Shown piece after piece: positions 31,964 through 41,912 of a stretch of DNA of 64,000 nucleotides. Below the pieces are notes generated by a model. It saw only the letters and a list, made by a program, of their open reading frames with translations, was not told the DNA's origin and made no database searches. The position numbers and the translations under genes are program-made. Every line of letters begins with the position of its first letter. The first letter of the stretch is position 1. This DNA is from an uncultured Spirochaetota bacterium (lineage in GTDB: Bacteria; Spirochaetota; Spirochaetia; SZUA-6; CAVTHK01), in contig CAVTHK010000016.1 of the NCBI GenBank assembly GCA_963734495.1, positions 224,001-288,000 on the forward strand, given 5' to 3'.

Positions 31964-33196
31964 GTGGGCAGCATTCCCGTCGTTCAGCTCGCGGTCATGG
32001 CCCTTCTGCTGGCCTTCTCGTTTTTTTTCTCCGCCACTGAAACCGCCACCTTCTCGTTGAACCAGCTCGAAAAAGAACGCCTTCGCCGCGGGAAGCCCAG
32101 CCGCTTCCTCCTCGGCGCCCTCCAGCAGCCCGAGGAGATCCTGGCGACGATCCTGCTCGGCAACATGATCGTGAACCTGATGTTCGCGTCGCTGATGGGT
32201 ACGGTCATGGAGCGCGTCTTCGGTGCGAGGGCCTGGCTCGTCTCCGTCTTGGCGGGCGCCGCGGCGCTGCTGCTCTTCGGCGAGATGACGCCCAAGAACG
32301 TGGCCATCCGTCACCCCGCGTCGTTCTTCGCCTTCAGCATGCCCCTGCTTTCCAACGTCCACGTCCTGCTGTCGCCCGTCCGGCGCGTCCTCGACCTCGT
32401 CCGGCGGGCGGTCGTCGCCTTCCTCTCGGGGAGGCTGCGCGTCGACCCCGAAGACCGCAGGACGCTGATCACTTCGACGCTGCAGGTCGGCGTGACCAAG
32501 GGGCTCCTGCACCCGTCGGAGCTCGCGGCCACCGAGTCGTTCCTCGAGTTCCGGGGCAAGACCGCCGCGGACATCATGATCCCCCGCACGCGCCTCTCGG
32601 GAGTCGAGGCGGCCGCGGGCCTGGAGGCCGTCATCGAGCGGCTGCGGCGGGACGGTGGCCGCGGCCCGGTGCTCATCTACGACCGCGACATCGACCACCT
32701 CAAGGGCTACATGGTCGCACGGGACCTTCTCGCCTTCCGCTACGGCGTCGAGACCGCCGACAGCGGCGCGGAGCTGCTGCGGCCCTTCTACCCGGTGCCG
32801 GAGACCAAGGCGCTCTTCGACCTGATGCAGGAGATGATCGCCCAGAACACGGAGATGGCCCTCGTGCTCGACGAGTACGGCGGCACCTCCGGCGTGATTC
32901 CCTTCCAGCTCCTCGTGGGCGACTTCCTTCAATTTTTCTATCCGGGCGAAGAGAGGGTGCGCCAGACGTCGGAGGGAGTGTATCGGCTGCCCGGCGAGTT
33001 CCCGCTCGAAGCGCTCGAGAGCCTGCTCGGAGTGACCTGGGAGTCGGAGAGCCGCACGGTGGGCGGCCTGATCATCGAGCGGCTGGGGGAGATCCCGGCG
33101 GCGGGCGCAACGGTGCTGCTGGCCGGGCACGAGCTCGTCGTGCGGCGGGTGTCGCAGAAGCGCATCCTCGAGGTCGAGGTGAGGAAGCCCCAGTGA
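31964..33196 (+). CDS. CNNM/hemolysin-family protein (DUF21-CBS-CorC)
   Basis: SFFFSATETA, FGEMTPK, DEYGGTSG, TVGG. Confidence 0.88.
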   Translation: MGSIPVVQLAVMALLLAFSFFFSATETATFSLNQLEKERLRRGKPSRFLLGALQQPEEILATILLGNMIVNLMFASLMGTVMERVFGARAWLVSVLAGAAALLLFGEMTPKNVAIRHPASFFAFSMPLLSNVHVLLSPVRRVLDLVRRAVVAFLSGRLRVDPEDRRTLITSTLQVGVTKGLLHPSELAATESFLEFRGKTAADIMIPRTRLSGVEAAAGLEAVIERLRRDGGRGPVLIYDRDIDHLKGYMVARDLLAFRYGVETADSGAELLRPFYPVPETKALFDLMQEMIAQNTEMALVLDEYGGTSGVIPFQLLVGDFLQFFYPGEERVRQTSEGVYRLPGEFPLEALESLLGVTWESESRTVGGLIIERLGEIPAAGATVLLAGHELVVRRVSQKRILEVEVRKPQ

Positions 33197-34416
33197 CGAG
33201 GATCCTGCTCGAGCTCCTCACGTGCCTCCTCGCGTCCGGGTTCTTCGCCGGCCTGGAGACCGGCCTGCTGGCGGCCAACCGCATGGTGCTGCAGGAAAAA
33301 CAGCTCCGCGGCGTGCTCTACGCCCGCGCGGCCGAATACCTGCTGCGCCGCCCGGCCCGGCTGCTGGGCGTGACGCTGATCGGCACCAACCTGGCCAACG
33401 TCGCGGCGGCGGTGATCCTCACCGACTGGTTCGACCAGATCGGGCACCCGCAGCTCGCCTGGGCCGGCGTGCTCGCGCTGACCTTGGTCTTTGTCGTCTT
33501 CGCGGACCTGATCCCCAAGTCGTTCTTCCGCGGCAACGCCGACGGCCTGACCGTGCGCCTGACCCCGCTGCTGGTGGCCTTCTACTTCGTCCTGATCCCG
33601 CTCTACGCCGTGCTCAACGCGATCGTGCAGGCGATCATGCTGCTGAGCGGCCAGAACCGCGGAGGCCGCGAGGAAGTGCGGTCGCGGCGCGACCTGCGCT
33701 TCCTCGTGCACCTCGCGGGACAGGAGGTGGGGCTCTCGCGCGACGACCAGCGCATCATCGAGGACATCCTGGACTTCCGCGAGCAGAGCGCCCGGGAGGT
33801 GATGACGCCCTTCCACAAGGTCCCCGTCGTGACCCACGCTCAGAGCCTCGACGAAGTCGCCCGCGTGGCCGTCGACACCGGCTCGCGCTTCCTCCCGGTG
33901 GCGCGCGGCCGCACCGACAACCTCGTCGGCTACATCGACGCGGCGGAGCTGCTGTGGCGATCGGACGCGCGGCTGGAGTCGCTGCTGCACGAGAGCGTCT
34001 TCTACCCCGAGACAACGCCGCTCGCCGACCTGCTCCTCACGATGAACCGCAGCCACGTCGAGGTGGCCTTTCTCGTCGATGAGTTCGGCGGCGTCGCGGG
34101 CACACTCACCCCGAGCCAGATCATCGGCGACATCGTGCACTTCACGCCGGAGAGAGGGCCGCAGGCGTCGCGGATCGAGCGCGTGGCATCCGGGCACTAC
34201 CGCGTCTCCGGCGACGCCGGCGTCGAGGACCTCGGCCACGAGATCGGCCTCGTGCTCCGGCGCAGCTACAACCGCACGATCGGCGGGTACATCAGCGAGC
34301 GGCTCGGCGCCATCCCGCCGCGCGACGCGACGTACTCCGAAGGCGGCTTCCTCTTCCGGGTGACCGACCGCGACGCGCGCCACATCAAGGAAGTGGAGAT
34401 CAAGAGAGAAGGTTGA
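33193..34416 (+). CDS. Second CNNM/hemolysin-family protein
   Basis: SGFFAGLETG, LIGTNLANV, DLIPK, VDEFGG, TIGG. Confidence 0.88.
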   Translation: MTRILLELLTCLLASGFFAGLETGLLAANRMVLQEKQLRGVLYARAAEYLLRRPARLLGVTLIGTNLANVAAAVILTDWFDQIGHPQLAWAGVLALTLVFVVFADLIPKSFFRGNADGLTVRLTPLLVAFYFVLIPLYAVLNAIVQAIMLLSGQNRGGREEVRSRRDLRFLVHLAGQEVGLSRDDQRIIEDILDFREQSAREVMTPFHKVPVVTHAQSLDEVARVAVDTGSRFLPVARGRTDNLVGYIDAAELLWRSDARLESLLHESVFYPETTPLADLLLTMNRSHVEVAFLVDEFGGVAGTLTPSQIIGDIVHFTPERGPQASRIERVASGHYRVSGDAGVEDLGHEIGLVLRRSYNRTIGGYISERLGAIPPRDATYSEGGFLFRVTDRDARHIKEVEIKREG

Positions 34417-34476
34417 AGGCAGGCATCGGGGCGCGGCGACGCATCCGGGCACGGCGCGCGCAGGCGCCCCGGCGGT

Positions 34477-37400
34477 CTACGCCCCGCCGCCGAGAGGGCG
34501 CACGACGCGCTCGCCCTGCCTGAGGTACTTGATCCCTTCGACCGCTGCCCATGCCGCGGAGGTCGTGGTCGTGTACGGCACCTTGTGCCGGACGGCCGCG
34601 ATGCGGATCATCTCGTCGGTCTCCTGCGACGCCTTCCCGAGCGGCGTGTTGATGAGCAGGGCGATGCGGCCGCTCTTGCAGGTGGTCGACGACGTTGGGC
34701 CTGCCCTCGTGCATCTTGAGGACGACATCGGGGAAGAGCCCGTTCTCGAAGAGGAACTGCGCCGTGCCCCGCGTGGCCGCGAGCTCGAAGCCCATCGAGG
34801 CGAGCGCTCTCACGGTCGGGAGGATCGTGACGCGGTCGTTGCGGTTGACGGAGACGAACACGCGTCCCGAGGTCGGAAGCGGGCTGCCGGCGGAAGCCTG
34901 CGCCTTGGCGAAGGCTTCGCCGAACGAGTCGCCGGTGCCGATCACCTCGCCGGTGGATTTCATCTCGGGCCCGAGCATCGGGTCGCTGTCCGGAAGCCGC
35001 CCGAACGAGAACACGGCCTCCTTGACGGCCCATCCCGTCTTGCACGTGCCGGTGCCGCGGAGGCCGAGATCCTCGAGCCGGGCCCCTTCCCAGACGCGCA
35101 CCGCGGCCTCCACCAGGTTCACACCCGACGCTTTCGAGATGAACGGGATCGTCCGCGACGCGCGCGGGTTGACCTCCAGCACGTACAGCACGCCGTCCTT
35201 GGCCGCGTACTGCACGTTGATGAGCCCCTTGATCCCCGCCTCCAGCGCCATGCGGCGCGTCTGCTCCTGCAGCTCGACCAGGATGGCGGGGTCCGTCTTG
35301 AACGGCGGAAAGACGCACGCGGAGTCGCCGGAGTGGATGCCGGCCGCCTCGATGTGCTCCATCACGCCGGCGATGTAGACGCTCGCCCCGTCCGCAGATC
35401 GCGTCGACGTCGTACTCGAAGGCGTCCTCGAGGAAACGGTCGATGATCACCGGCCTGGCGGTCGTCACCCGGGGCGCCCGCTCGAGGAGGGCGTCGAGCT
35501 CGCCGCGGCTGTAGGCGATGAACATGCTGCGCCCGCCGATCACGAACGAAGGCCGCACGAGCACCGGGAACCCGATGATCTCCGCGTAGTCCAGCGCCTG
35601 CTCGCGCGAGGCGGCGGTCCGGTGAGGCGGGTAGGTGAGCCCGAGCCTGTCGGCAAAGGCGGCGAAGAGCTCGCGGTCCTCGGTGTCGAGGATCGCCCGC
35701 AGCGGCGTGCCGACGATGCGGGCGCCGGCCCTCTCCAGCTCCTCGGCCATGTTCAGCGGGGTCTGGCCTCCGAGCTGCAGGATCACGTCCTTCACGCGCT
35801 CCTTGCGCATCACTTCCTTGACCGTCTCGGGGACCAGCGGCTCCATGTAGAGCCGGTCCGACGTGTTGAAGTCCGTGGACACCGTCTCCGGGTTGGAGTT
35901 CACGATGATCGTCCTGACTCCCTGGCTCGCGGTAGGCGAAAGAGGCGAGGGTGCAGCAGGTGTCGAACTCCAGGCCCTGACCGATGCGGTTGGGCCCGCT
36001 CGCGAGGATCATCACCGCGCGCTCGCTGAAGGGCTCGCCTTCGTCGATCTCGCCCCATGTCGAGTAGAAGTAGGGCGTGCGCGCCTCGAACTCGCCCGCG
36101 CACGTGTCGACGAAGTGGAAGGCGGCCTCGATCCCGAGCTCCTGTCTCCGCCGCTCGACCTCGGCCTCATCCGTGCCGCGCAGCCGGGCGATCCGGCGGT
36201 CGGAGAGCCCGGCGCGCTTGGCCTCCAGGAGCAGGGGACGCTCGAGCCCGTCGGCGGCGATGCGCCGCTCGAGGGCGATCTGCGCCGAGATCTCGTGCAG
36301 GAACCAGGGGTCGTAGCCCGTGACCGCGGAAAGCTCGCCGATCGCGGCCTCACCGCGCTCCTTGAGCGCCTGGTAGAGCGCGAAGATGCGCAGCGGGTGG
36401 AGCGTCTCGATCATCGTCTTCAGGCGCTCGGGGGTGACGCCGGGCACCTCCTCGAGCCCCTCGTAACCGATCTCCGCGGCGCGGATCGCCTTGTTCAGCG
36501 CTTCGACAAAGGTGCGCCCGATCGCGAGGGATTCGCCCACGCTCTTCATCTGCGTGCCGAGCGTTTCGTAGCCGCGCGGGAACTTTTCCAGCTCGAAGCG
36601 GGGGACCTTGACCACCACGTAGTCCAGGCTCGGCTCGAACGCGGACACCGTGCGCCCGGTGATCTCGTTGACGATCTCGTCGAGGGTAAAGCCGACCGCC
36701 AGCCGCGCGGCGCAGCGGGCGATCGGGAAGCCGGTCGCCTTGCTCGCCAGCGCCGAGGAGCGGGAGACGCGCGGGTTCATCTCGATGATGCACATGCGCG
36801 CCGTCCCCGGCTGGATCGCGAACTGCACGTTGGAGCCGCCGCAGTCGATGCCCACGGCGCGCAGCACCTCCAGCGCCGCGGTGCGCATGCGCTGGTACTC
36901 GCGGTCGGAGAGCGTCTGCACCGGTGCCACCGTGATGCTGTCGCCGGTGTGCACGCCCATGGGGTCGAGGTTCTCGATCGAGCAGACGACCATCGCGTTG
37001 TCGTGGCGGTCGCGCATGACCTCGAGCTCGAACTCCTTCCAGCGCAGCAGCGCCTCCTCGATCAGCGCCTCGTGCGCCGGGGACTCCGACAACGCGCGCT
37101 CGGCGGACAGGCGCAGCTCCGCCTCCGTGAGCGCTATGCTTCCCCCCTGGCCTCCCAGGGTGAAGCTCGGGCGGATCACCAGAGGGAGCCCGATCTCCCG
37201 GCCGACCCGCAGCGCCTCGTCGACCTCGTGCACCACGGCCGAGCGCGGGACGTCGAGGCCGATGCTCTGCGCCATCGCCTTGAACTGGCCGCGGTCTTCG
37301 GCCTTGCGGATCGCCTCGACCGTGGCGCCGATCATCTCCACGCCGTGGCGCTCGAGGATGCCTTCGTCGTGCAGCGCGAGGGAGAGGTTGAGCCCGGTCT

Positions 37401-37677
37401 GCCCGCCCATCGTCGGGAGGATCGCGTCGGGCTTCTCCTTCCGGATCACCTGGTCCACGTATTCGCAGGAGAGCGGCTCCATGTAGACGGCGTCCGCGAG
37501 CCCGGGCGTGGTCATCACCGTCGCCGGGTTGGGGTTCACCAGCACGACGCGGTAGCCTTCTTCCTTTAGCGTTCGCACGGCCTGAGTGCCCGAGTAGTCG
37601 AACTCGCACGCCTGGCCGATGACGATCGGTCCCGAGCCGATGATCAGGATCTTCTTGAGGTCTTTGCGGGCGGGCAC
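34477..37677 (-). CDS. carB: Carbamoyl-phosphate synthase large subunit; 3 frameshifts
   Basis: [61 protein letters not shown] domain. Confidence 0.95.
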
Positions 37678-37698
37678 GTCTCCCTCACTTCGCGCGTG

Positions 37699-38883
37699 CT
37701 AGAGCGTCTCGAGGAACTTGCGGAAGATCCAGAGCGAATCGCGGGGACCGGGCGCCGCTTCAGGGTGGAACTGGACCGCCATCAGCCGCTGCGCGGGCGC
37801 GCTGATGCCTTCGTTGCTGCGGTCGTTGGCGTTGCGGAACCAGACCTCCGCCCCCCGCGGCAGCGTCGTCTCGTCGACGGCGAAGCCGTGGTTCTGCGAC
37901 GTGATGAGGATCGCGCCCGTCGTCTCGTCGCGGACGGGGTTGTTCACCCCGTGATGACCGAACTTCATTTTGAAGGTCTTCGCCCCGATGGCCAGCGCCA
38001 GGAGCTGGTGGCCCAGGCAGATCCCCCAGACCGGCCGCTTGCCGAGAAGCGCCTTGGCCTGGCGGATCAGGTGGTCGAGCACGGCGGGATCGCCGGGGCC
38101 GTTGGAGTAGAGCACCGCGTCGGGTTTGGCTGCGAGCACGTCGTCCGCGGACGCCTCGTTCGGGACCAGCGACACGCGGCAGCCGATCGCGTCGAGCTCG
38201 CGCACGATCCCCGCCTTGACGCCGCAGTCGACGAGCGCCACGTGCGGGCCGCCGGCCTTGTCGGTGTTGACGCCGACGATGCGCCCCAGGCTCAGCTCCG
38301 ACACGAGGTTGCGGCCCTCCATCTCGGGGAAGGCGCGCAGGAATCGTACCGCCTCCGCCGCGGCAGCTTCGGACAGCGGGCCGCCGTCGTCCGAGCGCAC
38401 GATGACGCCGCGCGGGCTCCCGCCGCTGCGGATGCGCAGCGTGAGCGCGCGCGTGTCCACGCCGGTGAGCCCGGTGGTCCGGTAGCGGGCGAGGAACTCC
38501 GGGAGGCTGGCGCGGCCCGCGGGCACCGGGCCCTCGTAGAGCGAGCGTACGACCAGGCCGGACGCGCGGAGCCTTCCCATGACCTCGTCCCCGCCGGAGC
38601 CGTACTCGGTCCAGTCCTCGTCGGTGCCGTAGTTGCCGATGTGGGGGTAGGTCATCACCACGATCTGGCCGTAGTAGGATGGGTCGGTCAGCATCTCGTG
38701 GTAGCCCGACATGCCCGTGTTGAAGACGACCTCGCCGGCCGCGAGCTTGCCCTCACCGCTGCGAGGGGCGGCCTGGCCGGCCGCGCCGCCGCGCGGAAGA
38801 GCCCCGACCGCCGCGGGCGCGGCGCCAAACCACCGTCCCGCGAAGGACGTTCCGTCGTCGAGCACCAGAGAGGCGTGATTCAT
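37699..38883 (-). CDS. carA: Carbamoyl-phosphate synthase small subunit
   Basis: GEVVFNTGMSGY, SNGPGDP, GICLGHQ, SQNHGF, QFHPEA. Confidence 0.96.
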   Translation of the reverse strand: MNHASLVLDDGTSFAGRWFGAAPAAVGALPRGGAAGQAAPRSGEGKLAAGEVVFNTGMSGYHEMLTDPSYYGQIVVMTYPHIGNYGTDEDWTEYGSGGDEVMGRLRASGLVVRSLYEGPVPAGRASLPEFLARYRTTGLTGVDTRALTLRIRSGGSPRGVIVRSDDGGPLSEAAAAEAVRFLRAFPEMEGRNLVSELSLGRIVGVNTDKAGGPHVALVDCGVKAGIVRELDAIGCRVSLVPNEASADDVLAAKPDAVLYSNGPGDPAVLDHLIRQAKALLGKRPVWGICLGHQLLALAIGAKTFKMKFGHHGVNNPVRDETTGAILITSQNHGFAVDETTLPRGAEVWFRNANDRSNEGISAPAQRLMAVQFHPEAAPGPRDSLWIFRKFLETL

Positions 38884-38896
38884 CGCTACCCCGACC

Positions 38897-39015
38897 ATGC
38901 GGCGACAGGCTCGCGGTCGCCGCCGCATACAGAAAGAGCCGGCTTGAAGCCGGCTCTCCTCGGGCGTGCCGCCAGCCTAGTGTGCCATACTCCTTGGCTG
39001 CTGAAGCCTTGTCAA
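38897..39015 (-). promoter_or_regulatory. Promoter and terminator-containing leader (candidate attenuator) of carAB
   Basis: TTGACA-17nt-GAGTAT; 11-bp perfect inverted repeat 38935-38957 followed by TTTCTGT; second hairpin 38897-38928. Confidence 0.55.
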
Positions 39016-39093
39016 CGCCCTTGTTTCAGGCCTTTTTGACGACCGGCGCTCGCGCGCAAACGTGCCGGGGTCAGTGCCCTGAGGTGTTCCCTG

Positions 39094-39471
39094 CTATCCC
39101 GACTTCGCCAACGCGGTGTTGACCGCGCTGTACAACTCCAGCACCCGGACTGGCTTCGGGATGAAGCGCACAATTCCCACGGCGTCGAGAGCCGCCATGG
39201 TGGCGGTGGATTCCGGCGAGACGTACCCGGACATCGCGATCATGGGCAGCGCCTCGTACCGTTCGCGCACGGTCCTGGCGAGCTCGATGCCGGAGACGCC
39301 CGGCAGAACCAGGTCGATGATGGCAAGGTCGAAGCTCGTGGATCCCCCCAGCACCTCGAGGGCCTGGTTGGCGTTCGCCGCGCGCCACACCTTGTGGCCG
39401 AACTTCTCCAGCATCCACGTCATGACGTGGAGCACTACCATCTCGTCATCCACGACCAGCACGTTCGCCAT
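39094..39471 (-). CDS. Single-domain response regulator (receiver)
   Basis: VLVVDDE, DLVLPGVSG, AMSGY, FIPKP. Confidence 0.9.
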   Translation of the reverse strand: MANVLVVDDEMVVLHVMTWMLEKFGHKVWRAANANQALEVLGGSTSFDLAIIDLVLPGVSGIELARTVRERYEALPMIAMSGYVSPESTATMAALDAVGIVRFIPKPVRVLELYSAVNTALAKSG

Positions 39472-39606
39472 CGACTTTGGATTCTCCGCTGCCGAAGCCG
39501 CAGACACTGCGGCGCAAATCCGTCGCGGAATCCTACTTCACTTTCCCGGGAAACTCAAACAAAAAAACCTCAGAAGGATCTCTGGGAAGGATCAGCAGGA
39601 TTCTCG

Positions 39607-39790
39607 AGGGCTGCGGCAAAGGCCACAGCGAGGAACACGACTGCAGCGCTCACGCGCGCGAAGGCGGGCGACTTGAAAGGCGCTTCCGCTCCCGTGACGA
39701 GCGCGTCGCGGAAAGGAGGAGTACCGCAAGGACCTTCAGGAGGAGCTCAAGGGCGTCGAGGAACGTATCGCGGAGATCCGATCGGTCAGC
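39607..39790 (+). pseudogene. Broken small Cys/His plus coiled-coil protein (DUF5320-like)
   Basis: GCGKGHSEEHDC...RRFRSRDERVAE, frameshift, then EEYRKDLQEELKGVEERIAEIR; no clear start. Confidence 0.45.
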
Positions 39791-39966
39791 AATCAAGGGG
39801 GTCGGGGCCCCATACCCTGGTTGACCCGGCCGCCGGCGCAGTTGCGTGGCGTGGCCCGGCGCTGGCCTGACATTCTATCCGTTGCGTGTGGTTCGCATCT
39901 TTGACAGCCGGACTACGGGCGCTGATCGGGGGCGGCCGGAGACGAGGAGCGCACGTACTCCGCAAG

Positions 39967-39993
39967 AAACAAAAAGGCGGCATCCCTGCCGCC
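39967..39993 (-). terminator. Intrinsic terminator after tRNA-Glu
   Basis: GGCGGCA-GGGA-TGCCGCC followed by TTTTTGTTT. Confidence 0.8.
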
Positions 39994-39996
39994 CGA

Positions 39997-40068
39997 TAGC
40001 CCCTAGGGGAATCGAACCCCTCTTTGAAGACTGAGAATCTCCCGTCCTAGCCGATAGACGAAGGGGCC
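39997..40068 (-). tRNA. tRNA-Glu(CTC)
   Basis: Cloverleaf: GGCCCCT/AGGGGCT acceptor, GGAGA-TTCTCAG-TCTTC anticodon arm, AGGGG-TTCGATT-CCCCT T arm; CCA not encoded; upstream TTGACC-18nt-TATAAA. Confidence 0.95.
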
Positions 40069-40236
40069 TCCGCTTTCGCGCTGCTTCACGCGTTCGCGTT
40101 TTCTGTCGCATTTATACTGCGCACCGGCAGTTAGGGTCAAGCACATTGGAGAGCGCTCTGGAATTCGCTTTCGCGTTCATTCTTGGCCTTTCCGACTATT
40201 CCGGCTACACTGGCGGCTACACGGAGGAGGCCCATC

Positions 40237-40755
40237 ATGGCTTTCTCGGAATCCCTGAGGCTCGACGTGAAGCGGCGAGCAGCCTTTCAGTGCTACCGAT
40301 GTCGGAGCATCAGTGTCCAGGTCCACCATATAGTCCCACAGGCCGAGGGGGGAGACGACACGCTCGACAACGCTGCACCGCTGTGCCCCAGCTGCCACGC
40401 CCTCGTCGGAAACGATCGGCTCAAGCGGAAGGAGATTCGCCAGATGAGGGACTGGTGGTACGAGAAGTGTGCGCCGCAATATGGATCTCAACCGCAACTT
40501 TTGGGATACCTCGAGAAGCTCAACGAAACCGTATCGTCTCTGGCCGATCGCCAGAAACGTCAGCACGAAGCGATCGGTGAGCTGAAGCGGGAGCTCATTG
40601 TGCTGATTGACAGCCAGGCTACTCGCGATCGGCATGTGGCGAAGGAGGCCGCTCGGCTCCGACATAAGACGAACGCGATCACCGTCCGCGACGCCATTGC
40701 GGTGGCGAGCGACGTGGTGTCCACAAGCACCGGCACATTTGGCGGGAGGGGATGA
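40237..40755 (+). CDS. HNH endonuclease domain plus coiled-coil protein
   Basis: GGAGGAGG SD; CYRC...VHHIVP..EGG..TLDNAAPLCPSCH; heptad-rich C-terminus. Confidence 0.8.
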   Translation: MAFSESLRLDVKRRAAFQCYRCRSISVQVHHIVPQAEGGDDTLDNAAPLCPSCHALVGNDRLKRKEIRQMRDWWYEKCAPQYGSQPQLLGYLEKLNETVSSLADRQKRQHEAIGELKRELIVLIDSQATRDRHVAKEAARLRHKTNAITVRDAIAVASDVVSTSTGTFGGRG

Positions 40756-40758
40756 GGA

Positions 40759-41736
40759 ATGGCAGACTTGTCTTTCCCTCAGCGATTTGGCCTTCATGAA
40801 GGTCGTCCCATCGATGACGAGTTCCCGCAGGCCTCTCGAACTGGCCTCATGTATGTACTGCAACAGTTTGTAGAGGATGGCCTGATTAAGCGGGACGAGG
40901 ACGGGTATGCCTGGCGCTTCGTGATGATCGAGATGCTCAGGTCAAGCAAGATTCCGTTTCGCACGGTGGACCAGGCGAACCCGAAAGCCTGTAACGAGCT
41001 GCTCGCGTCGATGGAATGGCCTGACGTCTATGTGTTCTGCGAACGCGTTTTCAGCTCGCTGCTGACAGAGAAAACGCAGTACCACGATGGCGATACCCTG
41101 ATCGTTGTTTCGCTGGACCAGGTCAGACAGCGTTTTGTTTCAGAGGTAAACACTTTGCTAAGCGAGAGCAACCTCGCCTATGTCTTCAGGAGCGGACGCT
41201 TCGAAAGACCGGGCCGTCCACAGACTCAGCGCAACGTGGCAAGGGCTCAGGCTGTTCTGGCCGATCCAGCTCTCCATGCTGCTCGAGAGCACTACGCCAA
41301 GGCCCACCGTTTCTTCGGCGAACGCGCCCCTGATTTCGAGAATTCCGTCAAGGAGGCGATCTGCGCGCTTGAAGCAGCACTTGAGGTCAAGAGCGGGAAG
41401 CGGGTTTCGGCGGACTTCGAGAGAGAAGTTGCGAAGCTTTCCGGGCCGGAACCTGACAAGATACCTCCTCCGATAGCCCAAGCCATGGTTAAGATCCATG
41501 CGTACCGCGGCGGCGGAAAGGGAGTGTCTCATGGCAACACTGGAGGCCTCAAGGTCACTAGACACGAGGCCGAGCTAGTCCTCAGCGCAGCCGCGGCGTT
41601 CGTCACCTACGTGGTCGACTTCTACGAAAGCCAGGAGTCCGAGGCGCCATTCTCAGCAAGGAACCCCCGCCGTGGACGGGCTCGCCCTCGTCCCGCTGGA
41701 CTCGGCACCTTAATTGCCGATGGACACACTGGATGA
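40759..41736 (+). CDS. AbiJ-like abortive-infection protein (AbiJ-NTD4-like plus HEPN-like); true stop may be near 41656
   Basis: N-terminal SF.QRFG..IDDEFP..RTGL; C-terminal HYAKA..F..PDFENSVKEAICALEA, AYRGGGKGVSHG, EAELVL. Confidence 0.6.
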   Translation: MADLSFPQRFGLHEGRPIDDEFPQASRTGLMYVLQQFVEDGLIKRDEDGYAWRFVMIEMLRSSKIPFRTVDQANPKACNELLASMEWPDVYVFCERVFSSLLTEKTQYHDGDTLIVVSLDQVRQRFVSEVNTLLSESNLAYVFRSGRFERPGRPQTQRNVARAQAVLADPALHAAREHYAKAHRFFGERAPDFENSVKEAICALEAALEVKSGKRVSADFEREVAKLSGPEPDKIPPPIAQAMVKIHAYRGGGKGVSHGNTGGLKVTRHEAELVLSAAAAFVTYVVDFYESQESEAPFSARNPRRGRARPRPAGLGTLIADGHTG

Positions 41737-41912
41737 ACGAAGAAAGCAAGGCGAGAGATCGAGGAGGGCAGCCAGCTCCTTTCGAACGATTTGAGCAGCC
41801 GCGGAATAGCCTTCCTACTCGCGAACGTTGCTGCAATGGCGGGTGCGGGATAGATCTCTAGTCCGAGAGGACTACTCCGAGGGGTCTCCGACACCGTCGG
41901 CGGAGCGTTGAT

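Noticed and set aside
34477-37677. Programmed ribosomal frameshifting in carB, mfd or folP
   Set aside because: No consistent slippery heptamers, and breaks are scattered over many genes, which fits sequencing error.
38977-38988. Mini-ORF Met-Ala-His as a carA leader peptide
   Set aside because: Its ATG overlaps the predicted -10 box and AAGGAG is only 1 nt away, so translation is unlikely.
41733-41861. 42-aa ORF ending CCNGGCGIDL between the AbiJ-like and nuclease genes
   Set aside because: No SD and no recognisable family; cannot be distinguished from chance.
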